Shown: positions 52,864 through 64,000 of the stretch, one piece after another | Layout of the letters: the number at the start of each line of letters is the position of its first letter | Position numbering within the stretch: position 1 is the first letter of the stretch | DNA from: Octopus sinensis | Lineage: Eukaryota | NCBI RefSeq assembly: GCF_006345805.1 | Contig: NC_043008.1 | Span: forward strand, 77,252,001 to 77,316,000 | Length of the DNA stretch: 64,000 nt | Direction: 5' to 3' | Translations under genes and position numbers: made by a program | The notes under the pieces: generated by a model | What the model saw: only the letters and a program-made list of their open reading frames with translations | The model's database searches: none | What the model was told of the DNA's origin: nothing

Positions 52864-53628
52864 AGGGCCAACATATTAAAGAACGGCAGTAGCCCAACAT
52901 GTCGTGTATGTCAACAACAAAATGAAACCATTGATCATGTTGTCTCCAAGTGCAGTCTTCTAGCGCCTACAGAGTATCTCAACAGGCATGATAGAGATGC
53001 ACAATATATTCACTGGGTAATCTGCAAAAACCTGGATTTGCCCCATGAAAAAAAACTGGTAGGAACACAAACCACCTCCAGTGCTTGAAAATGACCACAT
53101 CTCACTCCTCTGGAACTTCACCATTCAAACTGACAGAAAGATAGATGCAAATAGGCCAGACATCATATTGAAAGACTTCAAACAAAGAACATGCCTCCTC
53201 ATTGATATGACTGTCCCAATCAATATAAACGTATCTGTCAAGACCTACCAAAAACTGAGCAAATATAAAGATCTTGAAATAGAAATCAGCAAAATGTGGA
53301 ACCTGAAGACTAAAACAATACCTGTTGTCATAGGTGCCATGGGAATGATAGCAAAAGGGGCTGATCGCTACCTAACTCAGATACCAGGAAACCCCAAAAT
53401 GGCACAAATTCAAAAGATAGTGCTCATGGGAACTGCTCATATCCTATGCAAAATACTTTCTATGTATAATTTTCGTTTTTTTTTTTTAGACATTCACTAG
53501 TACAACACTAAATACAAAACCAAATATATGGCACACTAGGCATAACAACTTCCAACCTGTTGTCTCTTGAGGTCTCTGGGTGAGACTTGGAGCCAACTTG
53601 TGCAAATGTAAAGCAAAAGTCAAACATA
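52864..53628 (+). mobile_element. R4/Dong-like LINE 3' fragment (zinc finger + REL endonuclease + 3'UTR)
   Basis: CRVC..ETIDHVVSKC..RHD; NRPDIIL..LIDMTVP..QKLSKYKDL..GTAHIL; (AAT)n on both sides. Confidence 0.92.
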
Positions 53629-53647
53629 GAATAATAATAATAATAGT

Positions 53648-53858
53648 CTTTTCTATTATAGACACAAGGCCTGAAATTTGGAGTAGGGGATAGTCAATTA
53701 CATTGACCACAGTACTCAACTGGTATTTAACTTATTGACCCTGAAAGGGTGAAAGGTAAAGTTGACCTCGGCGTTATTCAAACTCAGAATGTAGTGACAG
53801 ATGAAATACCACTAAGCATTTCACCTGGTGTGCTAACGATTCTACCAGCTTGTCTCAT
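53648..53858 (-). mobile_element. SINE family A, CpG-eroded
   Basis: Full reverse-complement copy between (AAT)n tracts. Confidence 0.85.
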
Positions 53859-53903
<45 letters not shown>

Positions 53904-54197
53904 TATGCCCTCTTGCAGTACCAATGCCCTGATGCAGTACCAATGCCCTGATGCAGTACCATATACCCTGACTTATATATATATACATATAATAATTATT
54001 ATTTGAGGGAATAAAATCCAAACTTATAAAGAAAAAGAATTCAATTCAGAAATACTAAATCAAATTCCACACAATATAATAAATATATCAAAAATATTAG
54101 AAAAAACCCACCTTTTACCAATTCAAAATGTATAATTAAATTACACCATCTAGAAAATTACATATAATATATATGTATATATATATATATATATATC

Positions 54198-54234
<37 letters not shown>

Positions 54235-54343
54235 ATATATATATATATATAAAGTTAATCCAAACAAAAAAGCACAAAAAAACACAACAACGCAAGGACG
54301 TGGAACAAATATAGTATTATTGGACGCTCAGGAAAGAAGGAGG

Positions 54344-54378
54344 GTTTAACGTTTCGAGCGGAGCTCTTCGTCGGAAAC
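54344..54378 (-). ncRNA. Minimal type I hammerhead ribozyme variant (Penelope-type)
   Basis: GUUU-CCGACGA-A-GAGC(UCC)GCUC-GAAAC-GUU-AAAC: 4-bp stem I, 4-bp stem II, palindromic AACGUU stem III; U4 of the core is C. Confidence 0.7.
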
Positions 54379-54492
54379 ATAGGAGAAGGAAAGATCCAGA
54401 AAAAGGGAAGACAGAGGAAAAAAAATCGCCAACGGTACACATGCGGTCACATTTTTGGAGGAAAAAGAAATGTGTATATATGTGTGTGTATA

Positions 54493-57400
54493 TATGAGGG
54501 AACCAGGCTGCTGGAGTTCTGCGATGCAAATAATCTTATGATTTGCAACACTAACTTCAGGAAACCTACCAGCCACCTAGTCACTTACCGATCGGGCCAA
54601 CATACCAGCCAAATTGACTACATCCTTGCAAGGCAAAGGGAGAGATGTCTGCTTATAAATGCCAAAACCTTCCCAGGTGAAGAATGTACCCCACAACATA
54701 GACTGGTAGTTAGTGACTTTAGGATCAGGACCAGGAGGACAACCAGAAGACGACAAATATGGAGAAGAAGGATCTGGAAGCTTAAAGATCCTGCAAATGG
54801 ACAGAGATTTAGGGACATATTACTTGAAGCCTCTGACAAAGTAGAAGGGGATAGAGCATCACAGGGGGTAGAAGACAGCTGGACGTTTCTAAGGGACAAC
54901 CTGCTGAGAGCCACTGACCAGATCTGTGGCTGGTGCAAAGTCCCCTCTCGACCTAGAATAACGTGGTGGTGGAACAATATTGTAGACAGGGCTATTTAGA
55001 GAAAAGAGACAGGCTTGGAAGGTCTGGAAAAATGGGGGTAGCAGGGAATTGTATCAGGCTGCCAAAAGAGAAGCTAGGAGACAGGTTTATTTAGCCAGAG
55101 GGGAAGCAGATAAGAAAAAATTTGCCAATGTTCTGCGCCGTGAGGACCAAAGACTGGAGGTGTTTCGCGTTGCAAGACAGTGTGTGAGAGAGAATCGTGA
55201 TGTGGTAGGAGAGAAGTGTGTTCGCATGGAAGATGGTTCACTTGCGCTAAATGAGGATGTAAGAGAGAGGTTGGAGATGCCACTATGAAAGGTTGCTGAA
55301 TGAAGAAAATGAATGGGATAAAGAGAGTCTGCCGAATGTTGACCCAACAGAGGGACCAGCTATCCGAGTTGATAGTTCCGTGGTAGCTAAGGCAATTAGA
55401 AGCATGAAGACAGGAAAAGCCCCAGGCCCATCAGGAATCACTGCAGAGATGCTCAAAATGTCTGGTAGTGTCGGCTATAGCCTAGTCACCCGTATAGTTA
55501 ATCAGGTGATACACAAAGGAGTCATACCCAATGACTGGTGTAGCAGTATAATAGTCAACTGCTACAAAGGTAAAGGTGATGCCCTAGATACAAATAACTA
55601 CAGAGGTATCAAGCTGTTGGATCAGGTGATGAAGGTTACGGAGAGGGTCATAGCCCAACTAATTAGAGAGAGAGTTAGTTTAGATGAGATGCAGTTTGGG
55701 TTTGTGCCAGGGAAAAGTACTACTGATGCTATATTCCTGGTAAGGCAGCTGCAGGAGAAATATCTAGCCAAAGATAAGCCCCTGTACCTGGCTTTTGTTG
55801 ACATGGAGAAAGCCTTTGACAGGGTCCCCCGATCCCTTATCTGGTGGGCAATGAGGAAACTAGGGATAGATGAATGGTTAGTGAGAGCTGTGCGGGCCAT
55901 GTATAGGGATGCTGCTAGTAGGGTGAGGGTTGGAAATGAGTACAGTGAAGAATTCCGGGTAGAGGTTGGGGTCCACCAAGGCTCAGTACTCAGCCCCCTC
56001 CTATTTATCATAGTCCTCCGGGCAATAACGGAGGAATTCAAGACAGGATGCCCTTGGGAGCTCCTCTATGCTGATGACCTTGCTCTAATTGCTGAGTCGC
56101 TATCAGAACTGGAGGAGAAGTTTCAGGTGTGGAAACAAGGATTAGAATCGAAGGGCCTCAGAGTCAATCTAGCTAAAACCAAAGTCGTAATCAGTAGGAA
56201 GGTAGACAAATCACAAACACCTTCAGGTAGATGGCCCTGCTCGATCTGTAGAAAAGGTGTAGGTAGAAACTCTATAAGATGCACCAAGTGTAAGCTATGG
56301 ACACATAAGAGATGCAGCAATGTCAAAGTAAGGCTAACTAGGAAGATGGTTTTTGTATGTGGCAGATGCTCAGGAACAATAAACACTGAAAATGCTCTGA
56401 GACCAACTTCCGTCACTTTCCAGGGAGAAAAACTAGAAATAGTTGATAGTTTCCGTTACCTAGGTGACCAAGTCAGCAGCGGGGGCGGGTGTGCTGAAAG
56501 TGTAACTGCTAGAGTAAGAATAGCTTGGGCAAAGTTCAGAGAGCTCTTACCTCTGCTGGTGACAAAAGGCCTCTCGCACAGAGTGAAAGGCAGACTGTAT
56601 GATGCATGTGTTCGAACAGCCATGCTACATGGCAGTGAAACATGGGCCGTGACTGCTGAGGATATGCGTAAGCTCGCAAGAAATGAAGCCAGTATGCTCC
56701 GATGGATGTGTAATGCCGGTACTCACACTCGGCAGAGTGTAAGTACCTTGAGAGAAAAGCTGGACCTAAGAAGCATCAGTTGTGGTGTGCAAGAGAGACG
56801 TTTGCGCTGGTATGGTCATGTGGCGAGAATGGATGAAGATAGTTGTGTGAAAAAGTGCCACAGCCTAGCGGTTGAGGGAACCTGTGGAAGAGGCAGACCC
56901 AGGAAAACCTGGGACGAGGTGGTGAAGCACGACCTTCGAACTTTAGGTCTCACTGAGGAAATGACTAGAGACCGAGACCTCTGGAAGTGTGCTGTGCGCG
57001 AGAAGACCCGGCAGGACAAGTGAGTCCAAAACCCGTGGCCTTCTACATGGGATGGAGCCAGCCTACGTATGCATACCTTCCCTTCTTGGGACACAAAACT
57101 CTACTTGTGAAGACCTGTTGAGGCAAGTGAGGATCAGAATCGAAATCGATCAATGGAAATTGCGGATGTGTTACCAGTGCCGGTGGCATGTCGAAACTCT
57201 ACTTGTGAAGACCCGTTGAGGCAAGTGAGGATCAGAATCGAAATCGATCCATGGAAATTGATCAATGGAAATTGCAGATGTGTTACCAGTGCCGGTGGCA
57301 TGTAAGAGAACTTTCCGTTTCGCGACCGTTGCCAGCACCGCCCCGTTTCGTGTCCGTTGCCAGCCTCGCCTGGCCCTCATGCCGGTGGCACATAAAAAGC

Positions 57401-57633
57401 ACCATCTGTTCGTGGCCGTTTGCCAGCTCTGTCTGGCACCAGTGCGGGTGGCACGTAAAAAGCACCCACTACACTCACGGAGTGGTTGGCGTTAGGAAGG
57501 GCATCCAGCCGTAGAAACACTGCCAGATTTGACTGGGCCTGATGAAGCCTTCTGGCTTCACAGACCCCAGTAGAACCGTCCAACCCATGTTAGCATGGAA
57601 AACGGACGCTAAACGATGATGATGATGATGATG
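54493..57633 (+). mobile_element. RTE-like LINE (partial APE, RT, PHD finger), 5'-truncated, with long 3'UTR and (GAT)n tail
   Basis: APE motifs TYRSG..SQIDYIL..QHRLVV; ORF 55293-57023 with NYRGIKL, FVDMEKAFDRV, GVHQGSVLSPLLF, LYADDLAL, FRYLGD; two frameshifts upstream of the RT. Confidence 0.94.
57096..57303 (+). repeat. 98-bp tandem duplication in the LINE 3'UTR
   Basis: AAACTCTACTTGTGAAGACC..CAGTGCCGGTGGCATGT occurs twice. Confidence 0.92.
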
Positions 57634-58034
57634 ATATATATATATAAATATATATATATATAAAAACTGTACTGGGAGAAGAAGAAGAAACGAAACGAAA
57701 CGGAACAAATTGAATCGAATTGACGCGAAGGCGCTCAGTCATACAATAGTGTAATAAATAAAATATATGCATACATACATACATATATGTACGTACCTAC
57801 ATCTACATGTATATATACATGCATATATAAATATATATACGTGAGTACAGGACACCACAAATAGACGCAGAACTCAACGAGAACGAAAACATAAAAACAA
57901 GCATAGAACGAACCTTTTTTTTACAAAGAAACAACAGAGTACTAGACAAACTACACAAGGAAAAATCCCCTTCATCAGCTGTCCCTAGTTCAACTCCAGC
58001 GTGTTTCAAAGATATATATATATATATATATATC

Positions 58035-58320
58035 ATTCAAGTCTGGTTGTTGCCAGTGTTGCCTGACTTGATCCTGTGCCAGTGGCCTGTAAAAAGTGTA
58101 AAAAGTACCATTCAAGCACGGTCAGTGCTAGTACCCCATAACTGGGCATCGTGCCAGTGGCATGTAAATAGCATCCACTACACTGTCGGAGTAGTTGGCG
58201 TTAGTAAGGACTTCCATCTGTAGAAATGTTGCCAGATTAGATTGGAGCCCAGTGCAGCCTTCTGGTTTGCCAGCCTTCAGTCAAAGCAGACATTAAGTGA
58301 TGATGATAATGATGATGATT
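58035..58320 (+). mobile_element. Older copy of the same LINE/SINE 3' tail
   Basis: GTGCCAGTGGCATGTAAA..CACTACACT..TTGGCGTTAG..(GAT)n aligns with 57440-57630. Confidence 0.7.
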
Positions 58321-59195
58321 GCAAAACAGCTAGACAAATCAGTGGATTTGCTTAGTGAGATTAAGTGACAATTACATAATTCCCTCATCAAATGGACATG
58401 AATCAGTTCTTACATATCTGATAATACTATATTACACTTTACAAACCCGGTATGAGTGCTCTTGATTTTATAAATGAAAATTATATCAATGTCTATACTT
58501 TATTGATCCAAATCTGATTACTTTACATGAAAAATGTACTTTAAGTTTAATTACAAAATATTTATCCATATAATCACTACAAAAGTTCATTTCATTAAGG
58601 TAAATTAAAATTGTCTTTTTAATTTTGATTTCAGTGACTTAGCACTCTTGAAAAACTTATTTACACATCAATTAGTACACATTTTTATTTATGATATTAC
58701 AACAGTTTCCATGTAACACCACTTCTCATTCTTAAGTGTATAAACATTTGTAACAAACATCTTTCATCTTCTTTGCTACTTTGCTGATGAAGGTGTTCAA
58801 GTGTATTGAACTGTCACAGACACAATTCATTTTGTAGTGAAACATATCATGTGTGTTTGTGTGTGTGTGTTTAAGTGTACACATACATGTACTTCAGATA
58901 AAGTAGATGTGTGAAATAATTAGTCAGGTAAAGGATATAATTCCTCAAATTAAAAAAGTTTTGGTGAATAACAAAAGGGTCAGATGAATGTTTGTGGAGA
59001 CATGAAAGTTGAAAGTTAGCCATGAGGTATAATCTGTATTTATTTATATACATATACATTCCCATGCTAGTGTGGTAAAACAGATGTAAAACAAATAAAA
59101 TTTACATACCCAAACACATACGCACACATGTAGACTGACACACACATACATATGAGTATTTACATATTCATATCTATATAGCATATATATATGTG

Positions 59196-59226
<31 letters not shown>

Positions 59227-59625
59227 TGTATGTACATATCTGTTAGTGCATATATATGTGAGTGTAATGTGTTAAAACCTTAATCAACAGATAAGACAAC
59301 ACAATACTAATTAATGTCATCAAAATAATCTGATGGACTCATGTAAATCTTGACTACACAGAAACTTAGTTATGAGTTGGTTCTCTTGTGGACATAAATT
59401 TGTGTTAAAGATGAAGGCACAGATAAATGTTGGCTAGAACACATAGCCAAGAATCATAAGGAAGAGGGATATTTAAACAGTGATGTTTGACAAAGTTTCA
59501 ATATAAAGTTTTATATATTGTATATCATCATAGTTGATTCAAGGATTGATGACATCTATTTACTACTGAGTTTAATTGCTGAAGTAAACAAAGCATACAA
59601 AATAACAAGGAAGCTTGAAGAGTTG

Positions 59626-59765
59626 TTAAGAAGAATGATGGTGTTTGTGATGTACGCGATGTTTGTAGCAAGTTTCACAGCATTTCCTTTGGTAGTACTT
59701 GTAAGAACAGAGACGAGCCTGTACAACAAGGTGACACAACTTTATTTGATCCTGGCATGATGGAT
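59626..59765 (-). CDS. THSD4: ADAMTS-like (THSD4/ADAMTSL4-6 type) terminal coding exon: PLAC domain
   Basis: Acceptor TACTCTTTCAG; phase 1; (D)PSCQDQIKLCHLVVQARLCSYKYYQRKCCETCYKHRVHHKHHHSS*. The VVQARLC.Y.YY..CC..C motif is typical of THSD4/ADAMTSL4 PLAC domains; exact orthology is tentative. Confidence 0.9.
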
Positions 59766-60052
59766 CTGAAAGAGTAGAAAACATAATTAATTCTGTGAAA
59801 AATTAGAGTGTCATTAAGTCATGTCTTATATCTTTGTAGAGTTAATCCTTCATCCAGTTTAACAACAACTCTACTCTGTAGAAAGCTGTTAGAGTATCTC
59901 ACTCAGTTACAAGCATTCAGGCCAGGTCTCCTATCTGGTGACCCTGTAAAGGGCCACTTGTGACTGAGTCATTGAAGATACATCTAATGTCTATGTATTT
60001 AAGAATGTGACAATAGATATTTATAATACTCTCTTAGCAGTGAGTAATTTAC

Positions 60053-60206
60053 CTGTGTTTAGTGGTTTCTGGTTGCAGGAGTGAGAATTACAGCTTTGTC
60101 TTGTGATAGGTCGTCTATCAGGGTTGCACAATGTACTGTGTCGCAAGTGGCTGTCCATGCATTTCACTTCTCGTGTTTTAGAACCTGTACCACAACTAGC
60201 TGAGCA
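60053..60206 (-). CDS. THSD4: ADAMTS-like gene exon: last TSP1 repeat
   Basis: TTCATTCCAG|CSASCGTGSKTREVKCMDSHLRHSTLCNPDRRPITRQSCNSHSC..|GTAAAT; 154 bp, phase 0 to 1, in frame with the PLAC exon. Confidence 0.92.
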
Positions 60207-60300
60207 CTGGAATGAAATAGACAGCAAAATTATTCGATAATGAGAAGTAATTAACAACATCTATGAACACACACAACAATTAGATATATATATATATATA

Positions 60301-60408
<108 letters not shown>

Positions 60409-60613
60409 ATAGGAGGGGTTTAGCTCACTTGTGATTTAAACAAATAGGTACACAGAAAAAAGATGAGTTGAGAACATTATTCTCCTTAGTCTGACTACTT
60501 TTACTATTTATTCTTCTATTTTACTACTTTATTTTTCTATTTTATTCTTTATAAACAGTGAATTTTATTCCTTGTAAACTGTAAATTTTCCCCATCTAAA
60601 ATATTCATACCTT

Positions 60614-60689
60614 GTCTCTGATGATGGAATATCCAGTGCATAGATATATTAACCAACTACTTGGGTTATCCCAGAAACAGCTGTAAGAC
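60614..60689 (+). ncRNA. Type I hammerhead ribozyme, intact core
   Basis: GUCU-CUGAUGA-stem II (8/10 bp, 29-nt loop)-GAAAC-AGCU-GUA-AGAC; palindromic ACAGCUGU stem III; predicted cleavage after GUA (60685). Confidence 0.82.
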
Positions 60690-60787
60690 TTCAAATTCAA
60701 TAAAATTATTCTAAATGACTTGAGATACTCATTCTACCTTGGTTTTGATTTTTCCTCTAATATAATGTATATGTATGTATGTATATA

Positions 60788-61000
60788 ATCATCATCATCG
60801 TCTTTGTTTTAACATCCACTTTTTCATGTTTGCAAGGATTTGATTGCATTTGCCCTTTCAATCACCAACCCTCACCTGTTTCCAAGGAAGGCAGTATTCC
60901 TCCATCGCCTGACAAGTTGGAAACGAAGAACATCACTTTCATGATAGTGCAATCATTTACAGCCATCACGTGATGCCCTGTCAAGGAGACAGTAACACAT
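60788..61000 (-). mobile_element. SINE/LINE 3' tail fragment
   Basis: Minus strand ends GGATGTTAAAACAAAGAC(GAT)n. Confidence 0.5.
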
Positions 61001-61498
61001 GCACACATGCACACACACACATACTTACACACAGACATAGTTTTGCATAATCTCATGTATTCTCATCCAAAATGGAGGCGAGTACCAACAATTTTAAGTA
61101 GATTGCTTGAAAATGGTGGAAATTCTTTCTACATGAAAGCATTTCTAGTGTTTTTAATCATTTGGATATAGCTGAAAAGGAATGATGAAACCTGGATAGA
61201 GAAATGATGTAACGGTGTGACGCATGATTCCATAAGTTGAAAGGTGGTGATGATCCTGAAATGGACTTAAGGTTGAGTAAGTCAGTCAATCAAGTAGGAA
61301 AAGCTTCACATCAGTGAGATGGGGCAGAAGCACATTGAGAGGAACATTTGAAAACAGTGTACATTGTCTTCTGATGACTCCTGAAATCTACTGGAATCCA
61401 GTATGTGAAGTATTTGGATTGACCTGCACAAGCATGCTGTTTCATAGTTTCTATCTACTAAATGCAATATTGAGAACTATCACACACACACACAAATG

Positions 61499-61638
<140 letters not shown>

Positions 61639-61868
61639 CAGACAAGTATGCACACATGCACAAATATAGGGTCTTGGAAGATAACTGGAAATTGACTGAT
61701 TGAAAAGTAGAGTTAAAACAGGAATACACAAACAAGGTTGAAGAAAGTCTGAATTATGTTACAACATTAAGTTATACATTTTGTTAATAAGGTCTCTGTG
61801 ACATTAAGGTGTTATAGGTGAAGAAGAGATGAGGATAAAATGATAAAATGAGTGGAAAGCCGTAATAC

Positions 61869-62054
61869 CTGTGTCCATTCTGTCATATGCCATTGGGCAG
61901 GACATGCTGGCATTGTAAGACAGGGTTCTTTTGTTGCTGGTTTGTCTTTTTTCACGCAGTTCTTTGGACTAACCACAACAAATGATGTAGAATGCAACTT
62001 TTTAACACATGCAGCACTGCGTATTTTAAAGGCTTGACCACAAGTGGCAGAGCA
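61869..62054 (-). CDS. THSD4: ADAMTS-like gene exon: TSP1 repeat
   Basis: TTCTGTTGCAG|CSATCGQAFKIRSAAC..C..KPATKEPC..CPAQWHMTEWTQ|GTATTA; 186 bp, phase 0-0. Upstream exons were not found in the window. Confidence 0.92.
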
Positions 62055-62899
62055 CTGCAACAGAACAATAAAATTCTTCAAAAAATGTAACATGAAGAAA
62101 AATCACAAATAATTCTGGAAGTTTGTTTACTTTCTTAATTTTCAATAAACTTTTTACAATTTCTGTTTTTTCTTGCATGTTGGTTTGTTGAGATAGTTTT
62201 ATATCTGTTTTATAACCAGAGTTTTTGCTACTTTCTTTTAACAGACAGCCAATTTTTTACTTAGTAAAGGATTAGTAGATAAACTAGTGACTTTTTATTC
62301 AATTCTTCACCCTTTTCCTTCTTCACAGTGACAGTCCATTGATCAAATATTACACCCATCTCATGACTGGAATAGTTACTATCCTGATCTTTCAATGGAT
62401 ACAAAAATAGTTGTTGATTATAAGAAAGTACTAATTTTTCTCTTTCTTCCTCTCCCTGAAATTGAAGCTGAAATTTTAAGCTTATATCTCATGTAGGTTA
62501 GTTGAGATAGTTGTTATATCTGCTTTATATCAATTTTTCTGTCCGTCTGTATGCCTGTTTTCCCCACCCCATCTCTCTCTCTTTTCTACTCATCATGTTT
62601 GAAGCTGAAATTTTATAACTGTTTTATGTGTTCTTTTTTTATTTTTTCCATGTTGGTTAGTTCAGATAGCTTTATGGTGGAGTCATTATATCTATAGTTT
62701 AATGTTAATGTGTATTTTTTGGTTATTGTAATATAAAGCTAGAAACTGTTATGTCTGAAAGAAAAACTGGGAAAAACAGGGATGTAAAATTTATGGTATA
62801 TTAGAGTCCATAGTACAAACTGAACTCAAGACCAAGTTACTTACACCACAACCCTTAACTATCAGTTACACTGCCACCCCAACCACATAACTATCACCA

Positions 62900-64000
62900 T
62901 TACTATATTTTATAGAAGCTCCATGGAGGATTTGAGCAACAATTACCTGAGAGGGATTCTGGGCATCAGACAAGGATATTCTAAACAGTCCTTCCTTATG
63001 ACTTTCAAGTTGCTTATTATGGAGCTGTTCAAAAGTGCATCAAGGTGTGAAGTATTCGTCTGTTTGGAAAAAACTTTACAGGCATGCTATACTGGAGCTC
63101 CCAGGAACCAGAGCTGTCCATCAAACCTGTGTGTGATTACACTGTTCAGCAAGCATTCATTCAGTGTCCATACATTGGTGCTCTATGTGTTTATGTTGGC
63201 AAGCCATGCTGTTTTAAAGATTAAGCCACTGTTTTCCTTTAGTATGGAAGAACAGGTGGCATTTTTCTATCTGCTTGGTGGCTGTACTGAAGGATGCTGC
63301 TGGGTGTACTCTGTGTAAGTATCTAGTAGCATTACCTCATGGATATACACTTGATGGTGAGCAAGTGGGATCACCATTTCTAAAACTAAATCCTTTGCAG
63401 CTTGTCTCATTGACAGAGCTGTAGTCTTGAATCAAGTGTAGATTGTGACAGGGCACTTGGAACCTGAAGTGTTGCCAAGTGCCCAAATTCCTCTGCAGTT
63501 AGACAATGCAGTTGGTGGAAGTTCCAACTTGGAATTCTGTAGAGGTTTAGTAATGAGCAAGAGTAACAACAGTCTTGAGGGGTGAGGAGACTCTAGGTAT
63601 CGATAGAAATCAAGTAGCTGGAGGATAATTTCCAGAAATCTCTGGCCTGGCAATCTAACTGGGAAGCATTTCTGTTTCAAGTAAACCTTTACAGGCATGG
63701 AAGTGACATCAGTCAGGCCTACCCTAGATGCACACAGAGCAACAAAACTGTTCTGCAAGCACTTGTCCAATGTCTGAAAATTACTGACTTGTGAGTTTAG
63801 TTGAACATCTGCTGTTGCATATAGGATAGCTACAGCTATCAGATAAGTTCATTGTGAAGATTGCCACACTGCCTTCCTTTGGATGGGAAGGACAAACAGT
63901 ACTTATCTGTCTGGTGGCCTTAGTGAAAGAGGTTGTTTAGTGGACCAGTTTGAAAGACTTGAAGACAGATACCTTCCTCTTTGGTCAAGGCTTCATCAAC
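62900..64000 (-). mobile_element. Heavily decayed RTE/BovB-like LINE remnant
   Basis: Weak motif remnants only (L..F...C..VGLT; FYRYLES; CRGIW..K..IY) and many stops. Confidence 0.4.

Noticed and set aside
57972-58007. Minus-strand GAAAC and CTGATGA as a hammerhead
   Set aside because: The order and pairing do not give a closed core; no GAAA follows the putative stem II.
58784-58850. CTGATGA...GAAAC pair as a hammerhead
   Set aside because: No GUH after stem III and no stem I or II closure; at best a highly decayed remnant.
58499-59044. Several minus-strand AATAAA hexamers as the gene's poly(A) site
   Set aside because: They are common by chance in AT-rich DNA and cannot be chosen without 3'-end data.
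62055-64000. Further upstream exons of the ADAMTS-like gene
   Set aside because: No TSP1-like frame with splice sites was found; they probably lie beyond the window.

Overview
Repeat-dominated, AT-rich animal DNA. The SINE families, microsatellite load and gene structure suggest a cephalopod (Octopus-like) genome; this is an inference from recalled repeat sequences, not a search. The only well-supported host gene is the 3' end of a minus-strand ADAMTS-like gene (THSD4/ADAMTSL4-6 type): two TSP1-repeat exons and a terminal PLAC exon with clean GT-AG junctions and consistent phases (62054->59626). The rest is transposon-derived: two decayed mariners, a Penelope-like RT/GIY-YIG element, a Mag-type Gypsy element (228-bp LTRs, 5-bp TSD, tRNA-Leu PBS), several RTE LINEs (one with a 13-bp TSD, one with a PHD finger inside ORF2), six REL-endonuclease (R4/Dong-like) LINE pieces mostly tied to (AAT)n, two tRNA-derived SINE families, hAT MITEs with 8-bp TSDs, Helentron-like elements and mini/microsatellites. 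Best leads: an intact-core hammerhead ribozyme at 60614-60689 plus a variant and a decayed one; a U2 snRNA 5' fragment inside a SINE next to the Gypsy LTR; an opposite-polarity rule between SINEs and REL-LINEs in (AAT)n tracts; and a CpG-decay boundary near 48-52 kb. No prokaryotic-type system (CRISPR etc.) is supported. Most short ORFs in the track are microsatellite or antisense artefacts. TE coordinates are approximate unless a TSD or TIR is quoted.
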